This document shows, piece by piece, positions 37,777 to 46,672 of a stretch of DNA of 54,243 nt. Made by a program: the position numbers and the translations under genes. The stretch comes from a virus. Lineage: Duplodnaviria; Caudoviricetes. Location of the stretch: IMG/VR virus record IMGVR_UViG_3300047275_000087, positions 1-54,243 of that record; one strand, given 5' to 3'. The stretch's first letter is position 1. Each line of letters begins with the position of its first letter. The notes under the pieces were generated by a model that did not search any database, was not told where the DNA came from, and saw nothing but the letters and a program-made list of their open reading frames with translations.

Positions 37777-38067
37777 TCAATTAAAACGCTTCATACATTC
37801 GTCAAGACGTTCTTTTCTCTGCTTCTGCTCCATTGCTATGACATCAGGAGTAGGCCACTTGTCGTCAACCATAAGCGAAAGTAACTGTTTTAGCACAGTC
37901 CTTACTGCTTCGTCACTCGATTTGCGTAGGGGCTTACCCCGAACCCATCCATAGTATGTCATGCGAGAAACACCGAACACGGAAGCCATGTCATTGGTTG
38001 TCAACAACATGTGCTTCCGCAACGCCTCGACCTTTGTGAAGTCAATAGGCGTTTGGTTAGGCGTCAT
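37777..38067 (-). CDS. XRE-type HTH protein
   Basis: LRKHMLLTTNDMASVFGVSRMTYYGWVRG helix-turn-helix. Confidence 0.8.
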   Translation of the reverse strand: MTPNQTPIDFTKVEALRKHMLLTTNDMASVFGVSRMTYYGWVRGKPLRKSSDEAVRTVLKQLLSLMVDDKWPTPDVIAMEQKQRKERLDECMKRFN

Positions 38068-39046
38068 CTGCGTTCACCTCACCAACAAGTGCGGCAATCT
38101 CATCTGCCAACGATGCGGCAGATGGGGCAGTTGCAGCAGGGGCAGGCTGAGCCTTAGCCTGTGGAGCAGGGGCAGGGGCTACTGCCTTTTTGGCTGCACC
38201 GAAACCACGCTTAGGTGCTTCGGGTTGGGGTTCCGCCACGGGGGTAGGAGCGGGTTGAGGAGCCGCCGCAACTGGCGCAGGCTTCGGTGCAACTTGTTGT
38301 GGTGCAGCAATCTTAGGGACTGCGGGCACACCACCTTGTCGGGCTTCACCAGTGATGTCCTTGACTGCTTCAGAACCAAACAATCCATCAACTGCGGATT
38401 GTGTTTCTTCATCTAGGAAGCCACCAAACGAGAACTTGAGTTTAGGGAATGACGCATCGGTGTCGAAACCAACACGAGTGCGAACAATCTCAGCAGGGAT
38501 GCCACGATGCGACAACTCTTTCTGATACTGTCCGAGTCCTGCCAATGCCGCAGGAGTAACCTGCAACAAGTATACAGGCCCAGTTGGGTCGTCAGCAGAC
38601 ACGACTGCCAAACGCTTTTGGTCAGAACATGCTTTGATTTGTTTACCCTGTGGAGTCACCTTGCTACCCCATGCGTTCTGTGGGCACGATGCGCACAGGT
38701 CATTCTGTGGGTCAGTGCTTGCAGTGTCAGGGCTAATGCCGTCCAACGAGAAGCAGTCAGGGGATGATGGTTCACTCTCAGGTGTCCATGCTTTTGCATA
38801 CCAAGTTTTCGACAAACGGGGGTTCGCACCAACGACAACAACATCCAAAGAAGTTGTGTCGAGTACGGTCTCGCTTGTACCTTCAACAATACGGAAGCGG
38901 CTACCCTTGATGGAGATACGAGGTACGGCTTCACCGCCACCACTGATACCGCCCGACAAGGACTGAGACAAAACTGAAGGAACACCAACACGTTGAGCGA
39001 GGTGGGCGGGGACTTGCACATTGGCAAGAGATACGATGTTGCTCAT
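38057..39046 (-). CDS. Putative ssDNA-binding / replication accessory protein
   Basis: PRISIKG start, a Cys cluster (PDC...C.SCPQN.WGS...KAC), a Pro/Ala linker and an acidic tail; lies in the replication operon. Confidence 0.55.
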   Translation of the reverse strand: MSNIVSLANVQVPAHLAQRVGVPSVLSQSLSGGISGGGEAVPRISIKGSRFRIVEGTSETVLDTTSLDVVVVGANPRLSKTWYAKAWTPESEPSSPDCFSLDGISPDTASTDPQNDLCASCPQNAWGSKVTPQGKQIKACSDQKRLAVVSADDPTGPVYLLQVTPAALAGLGQYQKELSHRGIPAEIVRTRVGFDTDASFPKLKFSFGGFLDEETQSAVDGLFGSEAVKDITGEARQGGVPAVPKIAAPQQVAPKPAPVAAAPQPAPTPVAEPQPEAPKRGFGAAKKAVAPAPAPQAKAQPAPAATAPSAASLADEIAALVGEVNADDA

Positions 39047-39070
39047 AGAAATTCTCCTTTGTTGAGCGGG

Positions 39071-39466
39071 TTAAATGCGATTAGGCGCACGAGACACGAG
39101 TGTTTTTCCTTGCATAGCCACTGCTCGTGCTTTCTCAGCGGCAAACATTTCTTGTTGATACTCCTCACCGATGCCTAACTTACGCTTGGCTTCGGATGCA
39201 ACGATGTGTTCAGCAATCGCTTGGTGGTCTTTGCAGTAATGAAACCCACCTTGGCGTCTGCCTTCATACACTTCTTCTTGGTGCATCGTCCGAACGACAA
39301 AGCCGTTCTCAATTCTGAACGCAACTACTGCGGGTGAGCAGTTGCCGAACATACGCTCCATATCTGTGGATATAGTTGCTTGTGCACCAAGTGCTCTGTT
39401 GGCTTGGTCTTGATGGGCTTGAATCATTGACATCAATCCCTTACCAAAAAATGATTTGATTCCCAT
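39071..39466 (-). CDS. Hypothetical protein (131 aa)
   Basis: GGAGG SD; operon packing. Confidence 0.7.
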   Translation of the reverse strand: MGIKSFFGKGLMSMIQAHQDQANRALGAQATISTDMERMFGNCSPAVVAFRIENGFVVRTMHQEEVYEGRRQGGFHYCKDHQAIAEHIVASEAKRKLGIGEEYQQEMFAAEKARAVAMQGKTLVSRAPNRI

Positions 39467-39469
39467 GTC

Positions 39470-39874
39470 TTAGTCCTCCACTTTAGCGACAGGCTTACGG
39501 ATATTTACTTCCAGTTTCGTGCCGTAGTTAACCCCGGGGGGTACGGCTTTGTTTGCCTCAATATATCCACGGACGGCAATCTTGCTAATGCGTTTCTCCA
39601 ACATGTCAAACGCTTCTTGTGTGCGAATGAAATCCAGTACGGCATCCCAGTCCGCTACATTGGCGTAGTCAGTTGTTGTGAGAAAAGCAGTGCCATGCTT
39701 GGTCTTAAAACTTGTAACGCCTTGAGCGTCTGCTTGTTCTTTAATCCAAGCCTCTAACTTCTCCATCTTGGCTTTGATGGTAGACACTCGGTCTTTCACC
39801 TCAGCCTCAATGGACTCTTTCTGTGAGCGCAACTTCATGTATGTTGCGACTACATCATCTACATTTACAGTCAT
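39470..39874 (-). CDS. Phage coiled-coil protein (134 aa)
   Basis: N-terminal coiled coil, SFKTKHGT and PPGV motifs; AGGTG SD. Confidence 0.75.
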   Translation of the reverse strand: MTVNVDDVVATYMKLRSQKESIEAEVKDRVSTIKAKMEKLEAWIKEQADAQGVTSFKTKHGTAFLTTTDYANVADWDAVLDFIRTQEAFDMLEKRISKIAVRGYIEANKAVPPGVNYGTKLEVNIRKPVAKVED

Positions 39875-39878
39875 AGTG

Positions 39879-41432
39879 TCACCTATTTGTTTGTTGTTGA
39901 ATCAAATCAAGAAGCAAGCCTTGCAGTTTCTGCTTGTTCTTCAATCGTTCGTACATCTTGTACTCAAGGTCTGTCGCCTCGATGTGGATGACGTTCGATG
40001 TATGCCTCTTGCCGATACGCTCAATGCGACCGTTCGCCTGAACATATTGTTCGTTGCTTGTCACTGGCCCATACCAGATAATCGTTGACGCGACAGTCAA
40101 TGTAAGTCCGTGCGCCATCGTTGCGGGGTGAGCAATCAACACATGTGGGTCTTTGGCTTCTTGGAAATCTTGGAATATTTGATTGCGTTTGGTTGACGAT
40201 ACCTCACCATTCACAACACCAACAGTCCAGTGCTTCGACAACTCTTTCTCCAACATGTGCAGAGTTCCGGTCAGTGGTACAAATACAATTACTTTCTCTC
40301 CTGCTTCTTCAATCACCTCCTTCACTAAGTTGATTCGTGGTGTACAGTCGAGTTCAATGTTGCGTCCATCGTCACCATAGGCTACGCCACACGCAATCTG
40401 AACCAACTTCTGAATCTTCACCGCTTCGTTAACCGCAGTAATTGTTCCTTCCGTGGACATCTCAGTAACAAAATGTCTCAACATCTGTGTGTAATGTTTC
40501 TTCTGCTCGGGAGTCAGTTCGACTTGTCGGGTTTGGATTACTGTCTCAGGCAAGTCGAAACACTCGTCTCGTGTGTAGCGAACCGCAGGTTGGAGGATAT
40601 GTTTTACGATGTCCACTGCCTCGGGTCTCGGCACAAACTTCCACTGCGCAATCTTCATCATGACCTGCTCACGGAACGAGGTAAAGGTCTTGGTGCAGAA
40701 CGGACTGTTGACTAACTTAGCCAAAGCCCATGCGTCTGTCGGGTCGTTAGGCGTCGGCGTTCCGGTCATCAACCACAAACGTGTTGATGTGTTGTTGTCC
40801 ATCCACTTCCGGAATACCTTGAAGCGTTGCGTTGATGGGTTGCGTAGCACTGCCGCCTCGTCAACAATCACAAGGTCAAACATCCCATGTGCAAGTTCAG
40901 AGATAATGGGGAAGCCGTCATGGTTGATGATGTAGAAGTCTGCCTCAGTCTTGAGCAACTTCTTTCTACGCTCAGCAGTGCCATGCAGAACCACAAACCT
41001 ACGATGGGGAAAGCCTGTAAAGATAGCGTCACCCCACACACGCTCCAGTGTAGACAGTGGTGACAGAATCAAAACCTTCTTCACCTGCTTGGTCTTGATG
41101 AGATAGTCAGCCGCCCACAAAGATGATTGTGTTTTGCCTGTGCCAATCTCGTTCAGCACAAGACCTTTGGGGTGCAGTGTCAGGAACGCCGCCGTTTGCT
41201 TTTGATGTTCGTATGGGGTGTACTGCCCACACCAGTCGTAGTAGTGCAGGATGGGGGAGGGCGCATTGATGCCAAGGTTGCGTAGCACACGCACCTCATC
41301 AAGACTATGTGGTGTCAGCACAAGGGGGATGCCTCGCACTTCCACAGTCTTAGCAGTCGGGATACTGTCAAGTACCCGATTGGGATTGTTCAATTTAAGG
41401 GCAAGTGTCCTTGCCTTCTCAACTACCAACAT
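39879..41432 (-). CDS. SNF2-family helicase
   Basis: EIGTGKT, DEAA, TGTP, AHGLTL and QANGRIERIG motifs. Confidence 0.9.
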   Translation of the reverse strand: MLVVEKARTLALKLNNPNRVLDSIPTAKTVEVRGIPLVLTPHSLDEVRVLRNLGINAPSPILHYYDWCGQYTPYEHQKQTAAFLTLHPKGLVLNEIGTGKTQSSLWAADYLIKTKQVKKVLILSPLSTLERVWGDAIFTGFPHRRFVVLHGTAERRKKLLKTEADFYIINHDGFPIISELAHGMFDLVIVDEAAVLRNPSTQRFKVFRKWMDNNTSTRLWLMTGTPTPNDPTDAWALAKLVNSPFCTKTFTSFREQVMMKIAQWKFVPRPEAVDIVKHILQPAVRYTRDECFDLPETVIQTRQVELTPEQKKHYTQMLRHFVTEMSTEGTITAVNEAVKIQKLVQIACGVAYGDDGRNIELDCTPRINLVKEVIEEAGEKVIVFVPLTGTLHMLEKELSKHWTVGVVNGEVSSTKRNQIFQDFQEAKDPHVLIAHPATMAHGLTLTVASTIIWYGPVTSNEQYVQANGRIERIGKRHTSNVIHIEATDLEYKMYERLKNKQKLQGLLLDLIQQQTNR

Positions 41433-41436
41433 GTCG

Positions 41437-41745
41437 TCACCTGTAAAGTTTTTCTTCTATCGCTTGTTCCAATGAGCGGATGGACTCAGCGTCATACACC
41501 AAGAACCACCAACCTTTTGCTCGTTGGATTTCCTCACCGCACTTCACTTGCAATGCCGTAGGCTTCTTTGTCCTATCGGCTTTCACTTCGATACCGCAAA
41601 ACTGACCCTTCACAATCGCAATGATGTCGGGGATTCCTGCCTTGCCAAACCCATTGTTGGCAGGGAAAAAGTACCATACACCATGACGCTTTAAGACCTC
41701 AACAACCTTACGCTTTACTTTGCTTTCGGGTGTCAATGCACTCAT
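41437..41745 (-). CDS. VRR-NUC domain nuclease
   Basis: PE..VK, GIPD, IEVKA and PTALQ motifs. Confidence 0.85.
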   Translation of the reverse strand: MSALTPESKVKRKVVEVLKRHGVWYFFPANNGFGKAGIPDIIAIVKGQFCGIEVKADRTKKPTALQVKCGEEIQRAKGWWFLVYDAESIRSLEQAIEEKLYR

Positions 41746-41771
41746 TATATTCCCCTTTACACGAATGTCAA
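41744..41771 (-). promoter_or_regulatory. Consensus sigma70 promoter
   Basis: TTGACA (41771-41766), a 16-nt spacer, then TATAAT (41749-41744), which overlaps the VRR-NUC ATG. Confidence 0.55.
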
Positions 41772-41777
41772 GTAAGG

Positions 41778-42437
41778 TTAAACCCTAGCGTAGTCACAGT
41801 CGTGTCGAGCAGGGCAGTACCTACACAAACCGCTAGGCTTGGCAGGCCAGTTGTCATGCTCCAATGAACTGTGGATGCGTTGGATTCGCTTCATGATGTC
41901 AGCCCATATCGGGTTGACCTCTGACCTCTGATATGTCTCTGTATCAATCTCAAATGTCTTGAGCCACACCAGTGAAGTCTTGACAACATCTATCTCAGGG
42001 AAGTGCTTGAACACCTGCGCAGCGAACAGTTGCATCTGAAATTGGTCAGCCTTCCGCTTACCTGTTTTCCAGTCCATGACATTAGCCATGTTACCGTTTA
42101 TTACAAGGATGTCAAGTTTACTTCTCAGCCATGCGTCAGCATCCCACCACCCAGTGGGTGTCAGGTTATCACTCAGCACAAGTTCTTTCTCGATGTACAA
42201 CTCACCGCCACGGGAGATGCGCTCCACCGATGAGCACAATGGCTCGTAATGGGCGACCTCCTGTGGGAGTAGGGCGTCTTGCTTCAGGCGATGCTCAAGG
42301 TATTCATGGATTCTTTCACCATACTTACTTGCTTCACCGCCTTCATCCACAACATCTTTGACAACTCGTTGCCGAAAGTACCGCAACGGACAGTTCTCAT
42401 ACAACTTAATTGACGAGTATGAATGGGAAAGGCGCAT
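41778..42437 (-). CDS. PD-(D/E)XK Cas4/RecB-like exonuclease
   Basis: SYS...CP, G..IH, LD...DWKTGK, Q..LFA and a C-terminal C..C....C. Confidence 0.85.
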   Translation of the reverse strand: MRLSHSYSSIKLYENCPLRYFRQRVVKDVVDEGGEASKYGERIHEYLEHRLKQDALLPQEVAHYEPLCSSVERISRGGELYIEKELVLSDNLTPTGWWDADAWLRSKLDILVINGNMANVMDWKTGKRKADQFQMQLFAAQVFKHFPEIDVVKTSLVWLKTFEIDTETYQRSEVNPIWADIMKRIQRIHSSLEHDNWPAKPSGLCRYCPARHDCDYARV

Positions 42438-42498
42438 AGGTTGTAGCCCCTCGGGGTGTCCTTGGGGTTCTCTGTTTAATTGGAAAGTCCAGTATACA

Positions 42499-42735
42499 TC
42501 ACTGATTCATCCTGTGCAAGATGTCGTATTTCAGTACCTCCAACTGGGCAATGACCTCCATCACATCGTCAATGCTTGTCGAGAATCGTGAGTACACACC
42601 ATCGGTCTTGAGCAGGATGAGCACATTGGATGCACCATCTTCTTCGACCTTATCAATAGCCTTCTGCATGATGTCGAGGACTTCTGCCTTGCGTTTTTCC
42701 TCAACGACTTGGGTTAAGTTTGTCACCTGATTCAT
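42499..42735 (-). CDS. Hypothetical protein (78 aa)
   Basis: GGAG SD; TAATG coupling to the polymerase stop. Confidence 0.7.
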   Translation of the reverse strand: MNQVTNLTQVVEEKRKAEVLDIMQKAIDKVEEDGASNVLILLKTDGVYSRFSTSIDDVMEVIAQLEVLKYDILHRMNQ

Positions 42736-44612
42736 TATGTATCTCCATAGTTTTCTGCCATACCCGATTCACATGCGACTGGTAAGTCCTGTGCCCAGAC
42801 GGGAGGGGTAGACATTGTTTCCACAATAAGTTGCTCTGCGTGTGTTGCCTCGGCCGCCGGGGCAACGATGATGATTTCATCGTGGACTTGAAACACCACA
42901 TGGTAGTGCTGCCCAATCTTCGCCATCTGCTCTGCAACAACTATGCGAGCGAGGGCTTGGATTAAATTCTCCGTGGCTTTCCCACCATAGATTTTTGTCC
43001 AGTCAATCTCATCAGCCTGTCCTGTCAGCACTCTGTCCTTCACAGCCTTGCGATATGCTCGGGCATCTGAAATATATTCATAGCCGTTTGGCGATGCTCT
43101 GAGTGCAGGGTATCTAATATAGAAACCATTGGGTAGGCGTATACCTTCCTCATCGTATGTCACCATCTTGCCAATGACACCATGTTGTCGTGCAAGGATA
43201 CCGCCCAGTGCGTTACCACACTTGTTCCACAACTGGACAATCTTGTGGTTCTTCTGCCTGTACAAACGCACAATGCGGTCAGCCTCATGCAGTTCAATCT
43301 TGACAGAGATACCGCCCTGACCTATCTCTAGTGTGCGTCTGAACTTCTCAGCACCCATGCCATAACCAAGTCCCAAGATACAAGTCTTGCCAACGAATCG
43401 TTCAACCTTGTCAGACTTTGTTATGGTGCGTCCGTATACCTCACTGGCAAACTCGGAATAGACATCACGACCTTCGGCAAACGCACCGACTAAATCATGT
43501 TGCTCTGCCAACCATGCAACCATGCGGGCCTCAATCTGAGATGAGTCACACGCAATAAGAACTTGTCCGTTGGGTGCTCTTAATGCACGACGGATACTGT
43601 TGTTCCCACGAGCAGGTAAGTTTTGCAGGTTCATCTTGTCACCACCCGAGAACCTACCTGTGTGCGCACCATAATAGTTGAGCATGATTGGGAGGCGACC
43701 CCGCCCCGCCACCTCTATTAGAGACTGGGTTCGGGTCTCCTCTAGAGTGGACTTGACCCCGAGCCGAGCCGAGACTGCGTTCTGAACCCTTGGGTCAGGA
43801 TGCTCCAACAAATCTGTGAAAGCCTTGTCTGTCTTTGAAAATGCGTAGGCTTCCTTGCCTGTGCGTGCGGACACTTTCGTTGGCGGTTCGACACCCAAGT
43901 TCTCAAGATACTTTGCAAAGATTTGATTACTCATCAACGTCTTTGTAATCGAGTCCTTACTAATACCAGTCAAGCCAAGGTCATCAATCAACAACCGCTT
44001 GCGTTCAATGACTTCCTCAAGATGTTTCTGTAATACATCCACATCCAACTCGATGGTTGGTTCGGTGTACATGCGTAAAGTTTGGTCAATCACCAGCAGT
44101 TCACTGACAGGAAAGCCACGCTTCAACTTGTTGAACAATGCGTAAGTAATTTCCACATCGTTCTTACAGTACTCACCATACCGAGCAAGTTCTTCTTGCG
44201 TGAAGTCCATGCGATGCTTGCCGAGTGCTTGGATAACTTCGTCACCCTTAGCCCCCAGTTCATAGTAAGTAGCGAGTGCCTTGAGTGAACCCCCCACAGT
44301 GATGTTGTGGAAAGGTTTAGCCATGCTCATAGTATCAAGCCACAACTTAGGCTTGATTCCAAAGTGCCATGACAGTATCGCCCCATCAAAGGCGGTGTTG
44401 TGACAAAGGATTGCTTTGTCTTTGTAGTCAAGACTGTTGAGGAACTTGCCAACATCATTACCACTGTACCAATCAGTCGGGTAATTGTTGACCTTAACCC
44501 CCACGCCTATGACCTCGAACTTATCGCTACGCACATACGCTTCTGTCGTCATCTTTGACAGAGAAAATATTTGGTCGTAGTAAGTTTCAAAGTCTATGGT
44601 TACGATGTCCAT
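42735..44612 (-). CDS. polA: DNA polymerase family A with 3'-5' exonuclease
   Basis: ExoI DFET, ExoII HNTAFD, ExoIII YC.ND; motif A DSSQIE, motif B R...K...LG..YG, motif C VHDE. AAGGA SD before ATG 44612. Confidence 0.93.
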   Translation of the reverse strand: MDIVTIDFETYYDQIFSLSKMTTEAYVRSDKFEVIGVGVKVNNYPTDWYSGNDVGKFLNSLDYKDKAILCHNTAFDGAILSWHFGIKPKLWLDTMSMAKPFHNITVGGSLKALATYYELGAKGDEVIQALGKHRMDFTQEELARYGEYCKNDVEITYALFNKLKRGFPVSELLVIDQTLRMYTEPTIELDVDVLQKHLEEVIERKRLLIDDLGLTGISKDSITKTLMSNQIFAKYLENLGVEPPTKVSARTGKEAYAFSKTDKAFTDLLEHPDPRVQNAVSARLGVKSTLEETRTQSLIEVAGRGRLPIMLNYYGAHTGRFSGGDKMNLQNLPARGNNSIRRALRAPNGQVLIACDSSQIEARMVAWLAEQHDLVGAFAEGRDVYSEFASEVYGRTITKSDKVERFVGKTCILGLGYGMGAEKFRRTLEIGQGGISVKIELHEADRIVRLYRQKNHKIVQLWNKCGNALGGILARQHGVIGKMVTYDEEGIRLPNGFYIRYPALRASPNGYEYISDARAYRKAVKDRVLTGQADEIDWTKIYGGKATENLIQALARIVVAEQMAKIGQHYHVVFQVHDEIIIVAPAAEATHAEQLIVETMSTPPVWAQDLPVACESGMAENYGDT

Positions 44613-44788
44613 ATCATGTCCTTCAAATAGTTGTTGCACTTTACGACCACAACTCCATCCGAATCTTTCTTGAATGGGGTCATAGTATGAAAGGGTAGAT
44701 TGCTACAATCTTTGCGCCTATGCAAACACTGGCTACACATAGTCCCGCTTGGTCGGTGTGTCTCAAAGTCGATGGTTACTATGTCCAT
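44600..44788 (-). CDS. Cys-rich mini-protein starting with the PolA N-terminal decapeptide
   Basis: GAGG SD; MDIVTIDFET followed by C..C.....C...C. Confidence 0.65.
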   Translation of the reverse strand: MDIVTIDFETHRPSGTMCSQCLHRRKDCSNLPFHTMTPFKKDSDGVVVVKCNNYLKDMIWTS

Positions 44789-45270
44789 GTTGACCTCATT
44801 GCATCTTGGTAATCAAAGAACTCACCGAAACATTCACCGATGTTGGCTGACTCGGGAGACCATGCTTCCACAACATCGTTGTAGATGTAGACCTTCTTGG
44901 GTACGCGGATAGTGCCGTTCACAAAGTCTCTGCCTTTGTCCGTGGCTCTCCATATACCTGAGAACTTCTTGCTTGGGTCGTTGTTAGGCATACGCTCAAC
45001 AAGTCCCCAATGTTTAAGGGTCGGTAACTGGTTTGACCTGAGAACAAATGTCGGTGCTTTGGTCGGTACTTCTACCCACCCACTAGCATCTGCATGTGGT
45101 GTCCTCGTTAGCCATATCAGTGACTTTGCCATCGTCTCGTTTAGATTGATACGGTATACGCTACCCCACCTATCACAGACAGGGCAATACCCCCCTCCAT
45201 GTTGGGCAGTCTCACGCCACCGCTCTCGTAGTTCATCTGTCTCCACGGCGGTTCCTTTCACGGCGCTCAA
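44779..45270 (-). CDS. Hypothetical protein with CPVC knuckle and possible wHTH (start may be GTG 45246)
   Basis: Long ORF in the operon; YCPVCDRW and WGLVE...WRAT.KG motifs. Confidence 0.65.
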   Translation of the reverse strand: MSAVKGTAVETDELRERWRETAQHGGGYCPVCDRWGSVYRINLNETMAKSLIWLTRTPHADASGWVEVPTKAPTFVLRSNQLPTLKHWGLVERMPNNDPSKKFSGIWRATDKGRDFVNGTIRVPKKVYIYNDVVEAWSPESANIGECFGEFFDYQDAMRSTWT

Positions 45271-45373
45271 GCCATATCACTAACAACACAAATGCTGCTA
45301 CCAATATGGCTGTCGTGCCAATAATGAAAATTGCAAATTTAAGTCCGTACCATAAGGCATCAAGGATTGTCAT
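45233..45373 (-). CDS. Small membrane protein (46 aa; not in ORF track)
   Basis: MTILDALWYGLKFAIFIIGTTAILVAAFVLLVIWLERRERNRRGDR has one TM helix and a basic tail. Confidence 0.55.
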   Translation of the reverse strand: MTILDALWYGLKFAIFIIGTTAILVAAFVLLVIWLERRERNRRGDR

Positions 45374-45797
45374 AATCATTCATCACCTCAACAAGTTTGT
45401 CGATGTAATGCCTTGCCTTTTTCACATCCTCAACACCACCCTTGCTATTGCATCGTGCAAGATATTTGATTGAGTTGCCCTTCAAGAAACCACGGAATTC
45501 TTCGGGTGTCATCCATGATTCCATAGCCTTCCAAGGTTGTATCCCCATATTCTTGTAGTGGTCACCGCCCACTTGCAAATCATCTGCCTTATTGCTTGGC
45601 ACGAATGGTTTGCTCTGCGTTACGGCATCAGTAATTTGGTCGTTGATACGCCCTAACATAGACCCACTAAGCACACGCTTACGGATGCCGTACACCTGAG
45701 GCATGTGCATCTTGAACTTTGCACCAACAACTTTAGGTACTGCACTCGGGTTTGCCAAGAAGTACTCTGCCACCTTCATTGATTTAGTTTTCTTCAT
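45360..45797 (-). CDS. DUF3310 (SaV-like) domain protein with N-terminal extension
   Basis: QVGGDHYK...FLKGNSIKYLAR...KGGVEDVKKARHY signature. Confidence 0.85.
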   Translation of the reverse strand: MKKTKSMKVAEYFLANPSAVPKVVGAKFKMHMPQVYGIRKRVLSGSMLGRINDQITDAVTQSKPFVPSNKADDLQVGGDHYKNMGIQPWKAMESWMTPEEFRGFLKGNSIKYLARCNSKGGVEDVKKARHYIDKLVEVMNDYDNP

Positions 45798-46110
45798 TTG
45801 ATTCTCTCTCAAGTTTGTTAAATGTTTGTTCGCCCAATACCATTACTGCTTCAACAAAAGATACCATGTTCGGACTGCGTATTGCTGTATCTGTTGTCAC
45901 CGCCCATGCGTTGTACATTAGATTTGCTAGTGCATATCTTGTTGGTTCTTTGTCGTAATGGTCTAAGGCATCGAACGCTTTGTATATCGCGTCTCTTGTG
46001 CGATATGTATAGGCTTCTCGCCAAACATCACCTACACCATACCTATTTGCGTAAGGTTGTAGTTGTTTAAGCGACACCCACAGTCGTGCTAACTGCGCAG
46101 ACCTTATCAC
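45784..46110 (-). CDS. Hypothetical protein (108 aa)
   Basis: Overlap-coupled ORF. Confidence 0.6.
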   Translation of the reverse strand: MIRSAQLARLWVSLKQLQPYANRYGVGDVWREAYTYRTRDAIYKAFDALDHYDKEPTRYALANLMYNAWAVTTDTAIRSPNMVSFVEAVMVLGEQTFNKLERESNEEN

Positions 46111-46307
46111 TTGTCCTTTCCTACTGAGTTAAGCCATGCACATTCTTCTTCCAACAACTTGACCCGTGCATGTAAAAGGTCAATGTCCTTCTGTTGTTCT
46201 GCCCATGCGACATCCCATACATCCTTACTCCAACCTGCATCATCTTCAAAGGCAGTACGCCCGATGAAGTTGTAGTAGCAACCATCACGCTTTTTAGTAT
46301 CAATCAC
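46107..46307 (-). CDS. Hypothetical protein (66 aa)
   Basis: GTGA overlap; AAGGAG SD. Confidence 0.6.
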   Translation of the reverse strand: MIDTKKRDGCYYNFIGRTAFEDDAGWSKDVWDVAWAEQQKDIDLLHARVKLLEEECAWLNSVGKDK

Positions 46308-46672
46308 CAGTCATCTCCTTTAGGAAAGTCAATACCTAAGTCCGAGTAATCATCGTAATGTCTACCATCTTCGGTGTCCTCGAACATAGACCTACTTGGT
46401 TTATGTTTTACCTCAACTTGTTTCTGCTTCTTTGGCTTTTCTTTCCTGCCATAGAACGCATCCATCAACTTATCTGTAGACTTCTCGACATCTATCTTTT
46501 TGTAATCGGGTTTGGGTATAGGCTTTGGTATAGAAGGGGCACTCTCCCATCGTTCGAGAGTAGTACCCCTTGCACCGCACTTACACTTCCATCTTCGCCT
46601 TGTTTGTGTCTCGGTCTTGTTCCACCTCGTGTCTAGGCACATCATTCTTGTGTCGCATGTCGGGCACTTCAT
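46304..46672 (-). CDS. NrdR-like zinc-ribbon protein
   Basis: From ATG 46672, MKCPTCDTRMMCLDTR...TRRRWKCKCGARGTTLE matches the NrdR N-terminal zinc-ribbon pattern. Confidence 0.7.
   Translation of the reverse strand: MKCPTCDTRMMCLDTRWNKTETQTRRRWKCKCGARGTTLERWESAPSIPKPIPKPDYKKIDVEKSTDKLMDAFYGRKEKPKKQKQVEVKHKPSRSMFEDTEDGRHYDDYSDLGIDFPKGDDW

Noticed and set aside
41778-42437. Cas4 indicating a CRISPR system
   Set aside because: No repeat-spacer array or other cas genes. Stand-alone Cas4-like nucleases are routine in phage replication modules.
44612-44788. Self-splicing intron at the 5' end of polA
   Set aside because: Only 176 nt with no recognisable group I or II core, and polA is complete from ATG 44612 with its own SD.
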